Assembly (NCBI RefSeq): GCF_900187275.1 | Contig: NZ_LT906458.1 | Location: forward strand, 2,010,001-2,042,000 | Length of the DNA stretch: 32,000 nt | Direction of reading: 5' to 3' | From: Pasteurella multocida | Lineage (GTDB): Bacteria > Pseudomonadota > Gammaproteobacteria > Enterobacterales > Pasteurellaceae | Shown here: positions 7,043 to 16,252 of the stretch, piece by piece | Layout: each line of letters begins with the position of its first letter | How positions within the stretch are numbered: position 1 is the stretch's first letter | Notes under the pieces: model-generated | The model's input: the letters and a program-made list of their open reading frames with translations, nothing else | Databases searched by the model: none | What the model was told of the DNA's origin: nothing | Translations under genes and position numbers: made by a program

Positions 7043-9049
7043 TTAGAACATATATTTGACATTAGCAAAGTACACTCGACCTTCTTCTGGCATACCATAA
7101 GTGTAGTAATAGTTTTTATCAAAAATATTATTGATTCCTGCATCAATGACAAAGTTGGATGTAGCTTGATAAGTCAATTTAGTATTGGTTACTCCAAATC
7201 CAGCCACTTTGGTTGTATTCGCTTTGATTTGTCTATTAGGGATACGGTCAAGACTATAACGTCCAGTTTCAGCTTCTTGACTGACATAAAGTGAAAGGTT
7301 TGGTAAGACTTTCCAATCGGCATATACAAAGACTTTATGTCTTGGGATATGGTGAATAATCATCTCTTTATGCGTACGGTTTTTCGCCCGTAAATACGTA
7401 TAGTTTGCCCCTAAAGTCAGGTTATCCGTGACAAAAGCTGTGGCAGCCAACTCAATCCCTTTGCGAATTTCTTTACCATAATTCTGATTTTGTTTTAAAT
7501 TATCTGGATGATTAGGAATAACTACTTCTTCAATCGCATCATGAACATCGCTATAGAACAATGCGCCTTCTAAACGTAACCAGTCATTGAAAGTACGTAA
7601 ATAACTTACTTCATAGTGATAGGCTGTTTCAGGTCCAAGGAATGGATTAGGTTCTACACTACCAAATCGACGAGAATAGCGTTCTTTCATTGTGGGTAGG
7701 TGTGTCTTTTTCGCAAAGCTGGCAGCAAATTCATCATTTTTATCAAAGCGATGGCTTAATTTGATTTGATAATTCAGTGCGTGTTGATTGCCCAGTTTGA
7801 ATGGATTAATTGATTTTGGGGCATTTTTGCCTTTTGATTTTACATCAAACTTCTCAGCACGATTGGCTTTACGATAATCATAGCTGATCCCTGATATCAA
7901 TTGCGTATTGCTTGCTAATTGATAGGTATGTTCTAGTCCAATACTGTAAGTTTGATCTTTATTTTTTGTCACCGGATCATTGTTGTCATGTTCTCGGTGT
8001 ATATCTGCTTTATAGTTTAGTGCCAATTTTAAGGTGTGTTGTGTGGTTAAGTCCGCGCCCAATTCAATACCTGCGCCATAGGAATAATCGCGGTAGTAGC
8101 TAGTATCAGCAGTAGTAAAAGTCGCATCTTTAAACATGTCTAAGTCATTTTTGAAAGTATCATAGAATACTTTGCTATTGATATAGGCATTATGTGGGGC
8201 AAATTGAGTATGTGATAAGAAATAGAGGCTGTCTTTATCCCATGCATTCCAACGCCAAAAACGCCCTGCACTTTGGTGTTCGCCAGCATAGAAGGGCTGT
8301 TCTTTTTTTGCTTTTTGTGTGCTTAGCACGAAGGCATATTCATCGGTATTATTTGGCGTATAAGCCAGTTTTAAACTTAATTTTTTATCACGATGCACCG
8401 ATTGCTCAGCTCGTCCACCGTCTTCCAAGCTTTTACCTTGCTGTTTATAGTGATGAGAAAGTTGTAACCCTTGTCGCTCAACAAAGCTGCCGTTGATCTG
8501 AGCATAAAATTGTTCTTGCTTGCTACCTAGGCTGAAATAAGTTTGGTTGGTACTTGTTTTGGCATCGCGTCCTTTTTGAAAGCCATAACCAAGTGTACCT
8601 TCTAGTGGTTTAGTTGGTTTACGACTGATTAAATTAATTGCCCCGCCCATCGTATTTGGACCATATAGCACGGCGCTTGCGCCTTTAGAAATATCAATAC
8701 GTGAGAGATCAAAAGTGCTGAAACGACCTAAGTCCATATTGCCATCATAAGGCACATATACAGGGATACCATCAATGTATATAGGGACACGACGAGCATC
8801 AAAGCCTCGTACATTAATGTTTTGCTCACTGCGTGCGCCAATACGTTCAAAACTTACTCCTGGTGTTATTTTGGCGACTTTAGCAACATTCGTAATATTG
8901 TTTTTCTCGAGCGCTTGGTATTCAAGGCGTGTCGTGGTGAGATCGCTACTGTTATCCGCAATGACTTCAATTTGTCCAAGTTGAAAGATATGTGCATAAC
9001 TTGATGCGCAAACGAGCGTAATTACACTATAAAGAAAAGTTTTTTGCAT
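7043..9049 (-). CDS. TonB-dependent outer-membrane receptor
   Basis: Start moved to ATG 9049 (MQKTFLYSVITLVCASSYA signal peptide, SD agga in the 10-nt gap). Has plug-domain motifs (NVRGF, IDGIPV), the general TBDR motif RRFG..PNPFLGPE, and a C-terminal YMF. Confidence 0.85.
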   Translation of the reverse strand: MQKTFLYSVITLVCASSYAHIFQLGQIEVIADNSSDLTTTRLEYQALEKNNITNVAKVAKITPGVSFERIGARSEQNINVRGFDARRVPIYIDGIPVYVPYDGNMDLGRFSTFDLSRIDISKGASAVLYGPNTMGGAINLISRKPTKPLEGTLGYGFQKGRDAKTSTNQTYFSLGSKQEQFYAQINGSFVERQGLQLSHHYKQQGKSLEDGGRAEQSVHRDKKLSLKLAYTPNNTDEYAFVLSTQKAKKEQPFYAGEHQSAGRFWRWNAWDKDSLYFLSHTQFAPHNAYINSKVFYDTFKNDLDMFKDATFTTADTSYYRDYSYGAGIELGADLTTQHTLKLALNYKADIHREHDNNDPVTKNKDQTYSIGLEHTYQLASNTQLISGISYDYRKANRAEKFDVKSKGKNAPKSINPFKLGNQHALNYQIKLSHRFDKNDEFAASFAKKTHLPTMKERYSRRFGSVEPNPFLGPETAYHYEVSYLRTFNDWLRLEGALFYSDVHDAIEEVVIPNHPDNLKQNQNYGKEIRKGIELAATAFVTDNLTLGANYTYLRAKNRTHKEMIIHHIPRHKVFVYADWKVLPNLSLYVSQEAETGRYSLDRIPNRQIKANTTKVAGFGVTNTKLTYQATSNFVIDAGINNIFDKNYYYTYGMPEEGRVYFANVKYMF

Positions 9050-9059
9050 AAGAGATCCT

Positions 9060-9536
9060 TTAAGAGTTAGGGGAAAATTTAAGCCGCATTGCAATATCAA
9101 TACACAAAAAGATTTTTTCATCATTGTTATGGCAAGCTTGGCGTAAGGTTTGGCGAGTGCTGAGCACCTGAATTCGCACTTGACGTAATTCGTCCAAAAA
9201 GTGCGGTTCAGATAATTGAAATTCTTCGATGAGTTGTTGCACAGTCAGGTTTTCAAACGTTTGAATTAAGCGCTCTAAAGTACAATAACTGGGGTATTTG
9301 CTGTGATAAAGCCAATCAAAAAATTGAGTATGGATTTTCTTTAATTTACTACGTCGATGAATAAGATGCAGCACAATACTGCAAATGAAAAGAAGGGCAA
9401 AAATCAGGTGAGTAGAAAGTGCAACAGGGAAGTTGATCCCAAAATAGAGAAAAAGCCCTGACAAGATTATGGCAGAAACGCTGATTAACATCAGCATAGT
9501 CAAACTAAATTTATAAATAACACTGAATTTTTGCAT
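9060..9536 (-). CDS. Uncharacterised small inner-membrane protein (2 predicted TM helices plus a soluble C-terminal domain), co-transcribed with the receptor
   Basis: 158-aa ORF with two hydrophobic segments (aa ~12-32 and ~38-60) followed by HRRSKLKK. Its stop lies 10 nt before the receptor ATG. Confidence 0.6.
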   Translation of the reverse strand: MQKFSVIYKFSLTMLMLISVSAIILSGLFLYFGINFPVALSTHLIFALLFICSIVLHLIHRRSKLKKIHTQFFDWLYHSKYPSYCTLERLIQTFENLTVQQLIEEFQLSEPHFLDELRQVRIQVLSTRQTLRQACHNNDEKIFLCIDIAMRLKFSPNS

Positions 9537-9571
9537 AATTTGAGTGAGTAAAGTGAATAAATTTAGCGCAG

Positions 9572-9590
9572 ATTATAGAGTATCATTATA
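9572..9590 (-). promoter_or_regulatory. Fur-box-like sequence overlapping a TATAAT -10 hexamer
   Basis: The - strand reads tataatgatactctataat, a 13/19 match to GATAATGATAATCATTATC. It lies 36-54 nt upstream of the ATG at 9536. Confidence 0.4.
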
Positions 9591-9620
9591 TAAAAATAAA
9601 TATAACGATAGGGATTTTTA

Positions 9621-9657
9621 AAGTGCGGTCAACATCGCTAAAATATTTACCGCACTT
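9621..9657. repeat. Inverted pair of uptake signal sequences forming a hairpin
   Basis: AAGTGCGGT (9621-9629) and ACCGCACTT (9649-9657), 19 nt apart, between two - strand genes. Confidence 0.8.
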
Positions 9658-9680
9658 TTGAACTGAAGAAAAGAAACGTT

Positions 9681-11531
9681 TTAGTGATCTGTATCTGTCA
9701 AAAAACCACCGCTTTGATGGGTCCACAGTTTGGCATATAAACCATTTTGGGCAAGCAATTCATGGTGTGTCCCTTGTTCGACAATTTGCCCTTTATCTAA
9801 TACTACTAAGCGATCCATGGCAGCAATTGTTGATAAGCGATGAGCAATGGCAATGACGGTTTTATTTTCCATCATTTTATCGAGACTTTCTTGAATGGCG
9901 GCTTCGACTTCAGAATCGAGAGCGCTGGTGGCTTCATCAAGTAATAAAATCGGGGCGTCTTTTAACATCACGCGGGCGATCGCAATGCGTTGGCGTTGTC
10001 CACCTGAAAGTTTGACTCCTCGTTCACCCACATGGGCATCATAGCCCGTACGACCTTTGGCATCACTAAGTTGCGGAATAAAATCCGCTGCTTCAGCACG
10101 TTGTGCTGCACAGTACATTTCTTCTTCCGTCGCATGAGGGCGACCATAAACAATGTTCTCTCGCACGGAGCGATGTAGGAGTGAGGTATCTTGAGTGACT
10201 AAGCCGATTTGACTACGTAAACTTTCTTGCGAGACATCACATACATTTTGTCCATCAATAGTAATTGTCCCTTGTTGTGCTTCATAAAAACGCAGTAATA
10301 AATTGACAATAGTCGATTTTCCCGCGCCGGAACGCCCAATGAGTCCGACTTTTTCACCCGGTTTAATGGTTAAATTAAAGTCTGTGAGCAACGGTTTATC
10401 AGGCGAATAGGCAAAATGTACGTTGTGAAAGCGAATTTCTCCTTGCTGAATTTGAATGGGTTTCGCGTCTTGTTTATCCACGATCGTATGGGGTTTGCTG
10501 AGGGTTTGCATACCGTCATTGACCGTACCGATATTTTCAAATAAACGTGCAGACTCCCACATAATCCAATGGGATAGACCATTGACGCGTAACGCCATGG
10601 CTACAGCCGTGGCTATCGCACCGACGCCAATACTTCCTTGTTGCCAGAGAAAAATGCCTAATATTGCGGTCCCCAATGTCAAGGCGATATTGGCAGCGTA
10701 GGTCAGAATATCTAAACCTGTGCCTAAACGCATTTGTGCGTGTACGGTAAGCATAAATTCTTCCATTGAACGTTTCGCATACGCAGCTTCTCGTGTGCCA
10801 TGAGAGAAAAGTTTTACTGTCGTAATGTTTGCGTAGGCATCCGTGATACGTCCAGTCATCAGGGAACGTGCATCAGCTTGGCGCTCTGCGGTTTTTGCCA
10901 GTTTCGGGATAAGAATACGTAAAATCGTGCCGAAAGTGATTAACCAAAGTACAAAGGGTAACAGTAACCAGCCGTCTAGGCTGGCTAACACCACACCAGA
11001 GGTAATAAAATACACCGACACATACACCACCATATCCGCTAATGTGAGTACCGTATCACGTACCGCCAGTGCCGTTTGCATCACTTTAGCAGACACTCTG
11101 CCAGCAAATTCGTCTTGATAGAACGATAAACTTTGACCGAGCATCAAGCGATGGAAATTCCAACGTAAGCGCATTGGAAAGACCCCTTGCAGGGTTTGTA
11201 AGCGGACTGCGGAGGCGATGAATGCCCATACAATACTAAACAGCAGCAAGCCTGCCATCGCCAATAGTAATGGTCCTTTTTCTTGCCACAGTGTGAGCGG
11301 GGTATATTCGGTTAACCAGTCAACCAGAATACCCATAAAACGAAAGAGTACCCCTTCCACAATGCCGATACCAATCGTGAGGAACGCTAATAAAAAGATC
11401 CAACCGCGCATGCCCTCCAAATTTGCCCAAATAAAGCGGATCAGCGTTTTGGGTGCCGTTTTGGGGGCCTCAGGTGGATAAGGATTCACCCGATTTTCAA
11501 ACCATGTAAAAATCTTATCTAACATAAGCAT
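9681..11531 (-). CDS. Fused ABC exporter (N-terminal 6-TM domain plus C-terminal ATPase); substrate unknown
   Basis: Walker A GRSGAGKST, signature LSGGQRQR, Walker B ILLLDEATSALD, H-loop IAHRL. The second ATG at 11525 is better spaced from SD aagga and may be the true start. Confidence 0.85.
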   Translation of the reverse strand: MLMLDKIFTWFENRVNPYPPEAPKTAPKTLIRFIWANLEGMRGWIFLLAFLTIGIGIVEGVLFRFMGILVDWLTEYTPLTLWQEKGPLLLAMAGLLLFSIVWAFIASAVRLQTLQGVFPMRLRWNFHRLMLGQSLSFYQDEFAGRVSAKVMQTALAVRDTVLTLADMVVYVSVYFITSGVVLASLDGWLLLPFVLWLITFGTILRILIPKLAKTAERQADARSLMTGRITDAYANITTVKLFSHGTREAAYAKRSMEEFMLTVHAQMRLGTGLDILTYAANIALTLGTAILGIFLWQQGSIGVGAIATAVAMALRVNGLSHWIMWESARLFENIGTVNDGMQTLSKPHTIVDKQDAKPIQIQQGEIRFHNVHFAYSPDKPLLTDFNLTIKPGEKVGLIGRSGAGKSTIVNLLLRFYEAQQGTITIDGQNVCDVSQESLRSQIGLVTQDTSLLHRSVRENIVYGRPHATEEEMYCAAQRAEAADFIPQLSDAKGRTGYDAHVGERGVKLSGGQRQRIAIARVMLKDAPILLLDEATSALDSEVEAAIQESLDKMMENKTVIAIAHRLSTIAAMDRLVVLDKGQIVEQGTHHELLAQNGLYAKLWTHQSGGFLTDTDH

Positions 11532-11595
11532 TCCTTTATAACATTGCGAGGTTCATCATTGAACGTCATAAAATTTATAAAAAACAGGCCGCACT

Positions 11596-12642
11596 TTAAA
11601 ACAGATTGAGTGCTTTCATTTGGGCAACAACGTCCGCAACCTCAATTTCTGCCATCAGATTTTTCCCTTTTAACTTAGTTGCCCAAGGTAATTGATTAGA
11701 CGGCTTACCGAACTCTTTTTGTACATTTTGTTCATAGACCGACACGACGTTGGCTAGATTGTTGTAAGGACCTGTACGCAAGGGATTGTGATACGCATAT
11801 AAACCAATGACATCGGTACCTTGCGTGGTGGCGAGATGTGCAGGTCCCGAGTCGGGGGAAAGCACGACATCGACCATACCGATCAATGCAGTAAGTTGTT
11901 TGAGGTTAGTTTTGCCAGATAAATCAGTAGGTGTAAACTTACATTGGGCGAGGATTTTTTGTACCATTTCTTTTTCACGTTTTGCTGGTGAAGCACAAAA
12001 AATAACATGAATGTTGTGTTGATGTGCGATATTGGCAATGTCGGCATAACGTTCAACCAACCAATCTTTTTCAGTTTTACTGGAACAAGGTGAAATCAAT
12101 AAATTTTTTCGTGTTTTATCCACATATTGGGCGACAGCATTGCGGTCTGCATCGCTAATAGCAAGTTGCCATTGTGGTGCAGTGATAGGAACGCCGAGAT
12201 AGGCTACAAATGCCATAAAACCATCAAGCACATGCGGACTTTGTGGCTCGTGAATTTTCCGATTGGTAAACAACCCTTGTCCTTCTCTTGCTCGTTTTTT
12301 GCCAAAACCCACTTTATAAGTGGCATTGATCCCGAGTGAAATCATGGAAGCGCGTAAGGCCGTTTGCATATTTAATAACGCATCAAAATGACGTGATTTT
12401 AATTGTTTCCACAGGGCAAAGATGCCTTTCCAGCCAGTTTTTTTATCGTAACTGATTAATTCAATATCAGGAATACCAGCCAGTAACTGCGCCTCTGTTT
12501 TGCCGACGATCCACGTGATTTTTGTATCTGGCCAATGGCGTTGAATTTGTTGTACCGCAGCCAATGCGTGACAAACATCACCAATAGCCGATAAACGTAA
12601 AATACAAAGTGAGTGGGGGGGCGTGCTAAACAGCGGTATCAT
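11596..12642 (-). CDS. opsX: GT9-family LPS heptosyltransferase, probably heptosyltransferase I of the OpsX/HptA type
   Basis: N-terminal LRLSAIGDVCH motif and C-terminal SPDSGPAHLA motif typical of GT9. It is divergent from kdkA, as I recall for Pasteurella multocida. The track start at 12654 is a TTG, so ATG 12642 is used. Confidence 0.7.
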   Translation of the reverse strand: MIPLFSTPPHSLCILRLSAIGDVCHALAAVQQIQRHWPDTKITWIVGKTEAQLLAGIPDIELISYDKKTGWKGIFALWKQLKSRHFDALLNMQTALRASMISLGINATYKVGFGKKRAREGQGLFTNRKIHEPQSPHVLDGFMAFVAYLGVPITAPQWQLAISDADRNAVAQYVDKTRKNLLISPCSSKTEKDWLVERYADIANIAHQHNIHVIFCASPAKREKEMVQKILAQCKFTPTDLSGKTNLKQLTALIGMVDVVLSPDSGPAHLATTQGTDVIGLYAYHNPLRTGPYNNLANVVSVYEQNVQKEFGKPSNQLPWATKLKGKNLMAEIEVADVVAQMKALNLF

Positions 12643-12730
12643 TATCTCGTCCAATAAATCTTGTGTGAATTTTAACTATTTTAAAGTAGAATGTGACCAT
12701 TCGCTATCTCTGATTTCATCTAATAAAAAT

Positions 12731-13453
12731 ATGCTTGAATTTAAACACAAAAATACGTTTTTCTTGTTTAACTTTAAACAACCTAAAGCACAGCAGGCGT
12801 GCTTTTTTCGATCTTCATTTTGGAAAAAACAAGCGCGTATTCTTGGTTCCGCACAGGGACGAGGCGTAACGTGGTTTTTACAAACAAAAGATTTGTTTGG
12901 TGTCAACGCAGCATTAAAACATTATTACCGTGGTGGGTTATGGGGCAAAATTAATCGAGATTATTATCGTTTCTCAACCTTATCTAATGCGCGTAGTTTT
13001 GCGGAGTTTTCGTTGTTAAAACAACTTCATGAAGCAGGGCTCGCTGTTCCAAAGCCCCTTGGCGCTTGTGTGGAAAAAGTCGCATTTGGTTTTTATCGTG
13101 CTGATTTGTTAACAGAAAAAATTGAGCATGCACAAGATCTCACTGTCTATTTACAACAAGATAAGCTGACGGAACAAGATTGGCACAAAGTCGGACAACT
13201 CATTCATCAATTACACAGTTTGCAAGTGTGCCATACCGACTTAAATGCGCACAATATTTTGGTACAACAACGAGACGATGGGCGTAAATTCTGGTTAATT
13301 GATTTTGATAAATGTGCACATCAGCTTGGTGAACGTTGGAAAAGTGAAAATTTAAACAGATTACACCGCTCTTTTATGAAAGAAGTGACGCGGATGAAAA
13401 TTCAATTCAGTGAACAAGACTGGCAAGCTTTGTTAGCGGGATATCAAGCATAA
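12731..13453 (+). CDS. kdkA: 3-deoxy-D-manno-octulosonic acid (Kdo) kinase
   Basis: 240 aa from ATG 12731. Kinase-like catalytic motif HTDLNAHNILV and LIDFDK. The length matches Pasteurellaceae KdkA, and the gene sits in an LPS-core context. Confidence 0.8.
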   Translation: MLEFKHKNTFFLFNFKQPKAQQACFFRSSFWKKQARILGSAQGRGVTWFLQTKDLFGVNAALKHYYRGGLWGKINRDYYRFSTLSNARSFAEFSLLKQLHEAGLAVPKPLGACVEKVAFGFYRADLLTEKIEHAQDLTVYLQQDKLTEQDWHKVGQLIHQLHSLQVCHTDLNAHNILVQQRDDGRKFWLIDFDKCAHQLGERWKSENLNRLHRSFMKEVTRMKIQFSEQDWQALLAGYQA

Positions 13454-13478
13454 GGGGAAAACATATTTCCCCTTTTTT
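13454..13478 (+). terminator. Rho-independent terminator after kdkA
   Basis: Stem ggggaaa pairs with tttcccc across a 5-nt loop, followed by T6. Confidence 0.75.
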
Positions 13479-13490
13479 CATCGTAGTGAA

Positions 13491-13967
13491 CTATTTTTTT
13501 AAGTTTTGTAAGGCGTGAAAAACGACTTCGGGCACGAGTTGACTTACATCGCCATGATGTAAATGGATTTCACGAATCATGGTAGAGGACACATATGACC
13601 AACGTTCAGAAGGTGGGAAAAATAAACTTTCTACTCCATTGGTTAATAAGCGATTTAAGTGGGCAAGCTGTAATTCATAGTCAAAATCGCTGGCACTACG
13701 CACACCACGAATAATCGCTGTGATATTTCGTTCCTTGACCACATCCGCCAGTAAATCTAAAAAACCGACTACAGTCACATTCGGTAAGTGAGCGACGGCT
13801 TGCTTGACGAGTTCCACACGTGTTGCTAAATCAAACAAAGGCTTTTTATTCGGATTGGACGCCACGGCGACTAACACATTGGGAAATAAACGTGCGGTAC
13901 GTTGAATAATATCCAGATGTCCATTCGTAATGGGATCAAAGGTGCCAGGGTAAATAACCGTAATCAT
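13491..13967 (-). CDS. coaD: Phosphopantetheine adenylyltransferase
   Basis: 158 aa with [16 protein letters not shown] and other family motifs. Overlaps the waaA stop by 4 nt. Confidence 0.95.
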   Translation of the reverse strand: MITVIYPGTFDPITNGHLDIIQRTARLFPNVLVAVASNPNKKPLFDLATRVELVKQAVAHLPNVTVVGFLDLLADVVKERNITAIIRGVRSASDFDYELQLAHLNRLLTNGVESLFFPPSERWSYVSSTMIREIHLHHGDVSQLVPEVVFHALQNLKK

Positions 13968-15247
13968 ACTGTTTTACTTAAATAAGGATCTAATAAATCT
14001 AACAAACGTTGTAAGGCGCCACGATTTTCAATCAGGACTTCATAACCCGCATTGCCATAACGCTTACGTAATTCTTGTGAATCTAGAAATTTTTCGACTG
14101 CATTGGTCAGGGCTTTGGTGTTTTCATTCACTTCTAATACGCCTTGTACTTGCAACAGTTTTGTAAACACTTCAGGGAAGTTAAAGGTGTATTTACCACT
14201 GATGACAGGTAATTTAAAGGCAAGTGGTTCGAGTGGATTATGTCCCCCATGCTTAACCAAACTGCCTCCCACAAAAGCAATATCGGCAAGCCCATACATC
14301 AACATCAGCTCACCCATGGTATCACCAAGTACAACTTGAGTTGAGCTATCGGGCGTAACATGATCGCTACGACGAACGTAAGTCAATTTATGTTTTTTAA
14401 TTAATTCCGCCACCATATTAAAGCGTTCTGGATGACGAGGGACAAGAATTAACAATAGATTTGGGTATTTATGTAGTAAGAGACGATGAGTTTCTAAGAT
14501 AAGATCTTCTTCTCCCTCATGTGTACTTGCCGCGATCCACACCGGGCGTTGGTCAACCCAAGCCTGTTTGAGTGACGCAACTTGTTGCATCAGCGCATCG
14601 TTGAGTACTAAATCATATTTGATGTTGCCGGTTAATTTTAAACGTTGCGCATCATAACCGAGCGATAAATAACGTTGAGCACTGACGTTATCTTGTGATG
14701 CAATTAGACTGATGTGATCAAAAATGTGATGTAGTGCGCCTTTGAACCAGTGATAACGCTGTGTTGAACGTGCGGATAAACGCGCATTAGCAATAATAAA
14801 CGGAATGGCTTGTTTTTTGAGTTGCACAATTAAATTCGGCCAAATTTCAGTTTCAATCACAATACAGACTTTCGGTTGCACAAAGGCAATAAAACGGTTA
14901 ACGGCATCCGGTAAATCGTAAGGTAAGTAAAAGTGAGTAACACTGTCGCCAAAGGCGGCCTTTACTCGATCAGAGCCGGTGGGTGTCACCGTGGTGACTG
15001 TCAGGGGTAACGTCGGATAAAGGGCTTGCAGACGCTTAATCAGTGGCGTTGCTGCAATAACCTCGCCCACAGAAGCCGCATGGATGACAACACCATTTGC
15101 TTTTGGTGGTACTGCACCACAATAAAAGCCATAACGTTCATTAAGGCGTTTACGGTAATTTGGGGCTTTTAAGCTACGTCCTAGCATAAATAAGACAACC
15201 AAAGGTTGAATCAAATACATTAAGACGGTATAGACGAAACGTAACAT
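13964..15247 (-). CDS. waaA: Kdo transferase
   Basis: 427 aa with an N-terminal membrane anchor and a GT30-like sequence ([20 protein letters not shown]). Confidence 0.93.
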   Translation of the reverse strand: MLRFVYTVLMYLIQPLVVLFMLGRSLKAPNYRKRLNERYGFYCGAVPPKANGVVIHAASVGEVIAATPLIKRLQALYPTLPLTVTTVTPTGSDRVKAAFGDSVTHFYLPYDLPDAVNRFIAFVQPKVCIVIETEIWPNLIVQLKKQAIPFIIANARLSARSTQRYHWFKGALHHIFDHISLIASQDNVSAQRYLSLGYDAQRLKLTGNIKYDLVLNDALMQQVASLKQAWVDQRPVWIAASTHEGEEDLILETHRLLLHKYPNLLLILVPRHPERFNMVAELIKKHKLTYVRRSDHVTPDSSTQVVLGDTMGELMLMYGLADIAFVGGSLVKHGGHNPLEPLAFKLPVISGKYTFNFPEVFTKLLQVQGVLEVNENTKALTNAVEKFLDSQELRKRYGNAGYEVLIENRGALQRLLDLLDPYLSKTV

Positions 15248-15329
15248 AGCATAAATATTCGGTTATGTTAAAATGACAGACATTGCCCTTAGTATAAACT
15301 GTTGCACTCAAGACATAAAGGATTAAAGT

Positions 15330-16094
15330 ATGCCAACACTTAGCGTTGCGATGATTGTTAAAAATGAAGCCGAGCATTTAGCACAATGTTTAGATACAGT
15401 GAAAGATTGGGTGGATGACATTGTGATTTTAGATTCGGGGAGTACGGACAACACAAAAGAAATTGCGTTAAGTTATGGTGCAAAGTTCTATGCGCATTGT
15501 GAGTGGCCTGGTTTTGGTCGCCAACGTCAAATCGCGCAACAATATGTGACCACTGATTACGTCTTATGGCTAGATGCGGATGAACGTGTTACGCCAGAAT
15601 TGCGTGAGTCTATTCAACGCGCGGTCGCAAAAAATGAAAAAAATGTGGTGTATAAAATTTCACGTTTAAGTGAAGTATTTGGACGCAAAATTCGCCACTC
15701 TAACTGGTATCCCGATTTTGTTTTACGCTTATATCCAACCGCATTGACACAATATAATGATGAACCGGTGCATGAAAAAGTCATGTTGCCGAGCCATGCA
15801 AAAGTGGAAAAATTAGCAGGGGATTTAGAGCATTATACTTATAAAGATATGCATCATTATTTAGTGAAATCTGCTGGTTATGCGAAGGCGTGGGCGGAAA
15901 AACGCGAAAAAGCCGGTAAAAAAGGGAGTCTGTTTTCCGCATTTACCCATGCGATTGGCTGTTTTGCCAAAATGTATATTTTCAATGCGGGTTTCCTTGA
16001 CGGTAAACAAGGCTTACTCCTTGCCATCCTCTCCGCCCATTCGACTTTTGTCAAATATGCAGACTTATGGATTAGAACACAAACGAAAAAGTAA
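15330..16094 (+). CDS. lgtF: GT2-family LPS-core glycosyltransferase (LgtF/GctA-like)
   Basis: 254 aa. N-terminal SVAMIVKNE and the DSGSTD and LDADE motifs of GT2. Divergent from waaA, as in Haemophilus and Pasteurella. Confidence 0.7.
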   Translation: MPTLSVAMIVKNEAEHLAQCLDTVKDWVDDIVILDSGSTDNTKEIALSYGAKFYAHCEWPGFGRQRQIAQQYVTTDYVLWLDADERVTPELRESIQRAVAKNEKNVVYKISRLSEVFGRKIRHSNWYPDFVLRLYPTALTQYNDEPVHEKVMLPSHAKVEKLAGDLEHYTYKDMHHYLVKSAGYAKAWAEKREKAGKKGSLFSAFTHAIGCFAKMYIFNAGFLDGKQGLLLAILSAHSTFVKYADLWIRTQTKK

Positions 16095-16110
16095 TTTAAA
16101 TTCAGAGAGC

Positions 16111-16138
16111 AGCACAAGGATTTTCCTTGTGCTTTTTT
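16111..16138 (+). terminator. Rho-independent terminator after the GT2 gene
   Basis: Stem agcacaagg pairs with ccttgtgct across a tttt loop, followed by T6. Confidence 0.8.
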
Positions 16139-16252
16139 ATGCGACATTTCTCACAAAAAACACTTTTAATTCCTTGGTTTGACGTGAAGTTATTTATTTC
16201 TTTCGATGTAAATAATAGTATATAGCGAAATCTTAACCAGAAAGGAGTGGCT

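Noticed and set aside
7043-9049. Haem/haemoglobin receptor assignment for the TonB-dependent receptor
   Set aside because: The FRAP and NPNL boxes typical of haem receptors are absent. Only the generic TBDR motif (RRFG..PNPFLGPE) is present, so the substrate is left open.
9050-9124. N-terminal extension of the TonB-dependent receptor ORF (MMKKSFCVLILQCGLNFPLTLKGSL...)
   Set aside because: It overlaps the 3' end of the upstream 158-aa gene. The internal ATG at 9049 has an SD and is followed by a proper signal peptide.
12623-12730. 5' extensions given by the ORF track for kdkA (12623). The same applies to tpiA (to 20772), yggT (to 22379), corA (to 23353), the b561-like gene (from 24924), mutY (from 25518), yajG (to 30432), bolA (from 30335) and the SBP (from 16247).
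   Set aside because: The extensions are non-conserved and often begin at GTG or TTG. They lack an SD and overlap promoters or neighbouring genes. Internal ATGs with an SD give lengths that match known orthologues.
16179-16230. Fur or ModE box and a defined promoter upstream of the type II importer
   Set aside because: The best Fur alignment is only about 11/19. TATATAGCG resembles half a ModE site, but no partner half-site is present. TTGACG at 16179-16184 has no good -10 at 17 +/- 1 nt.
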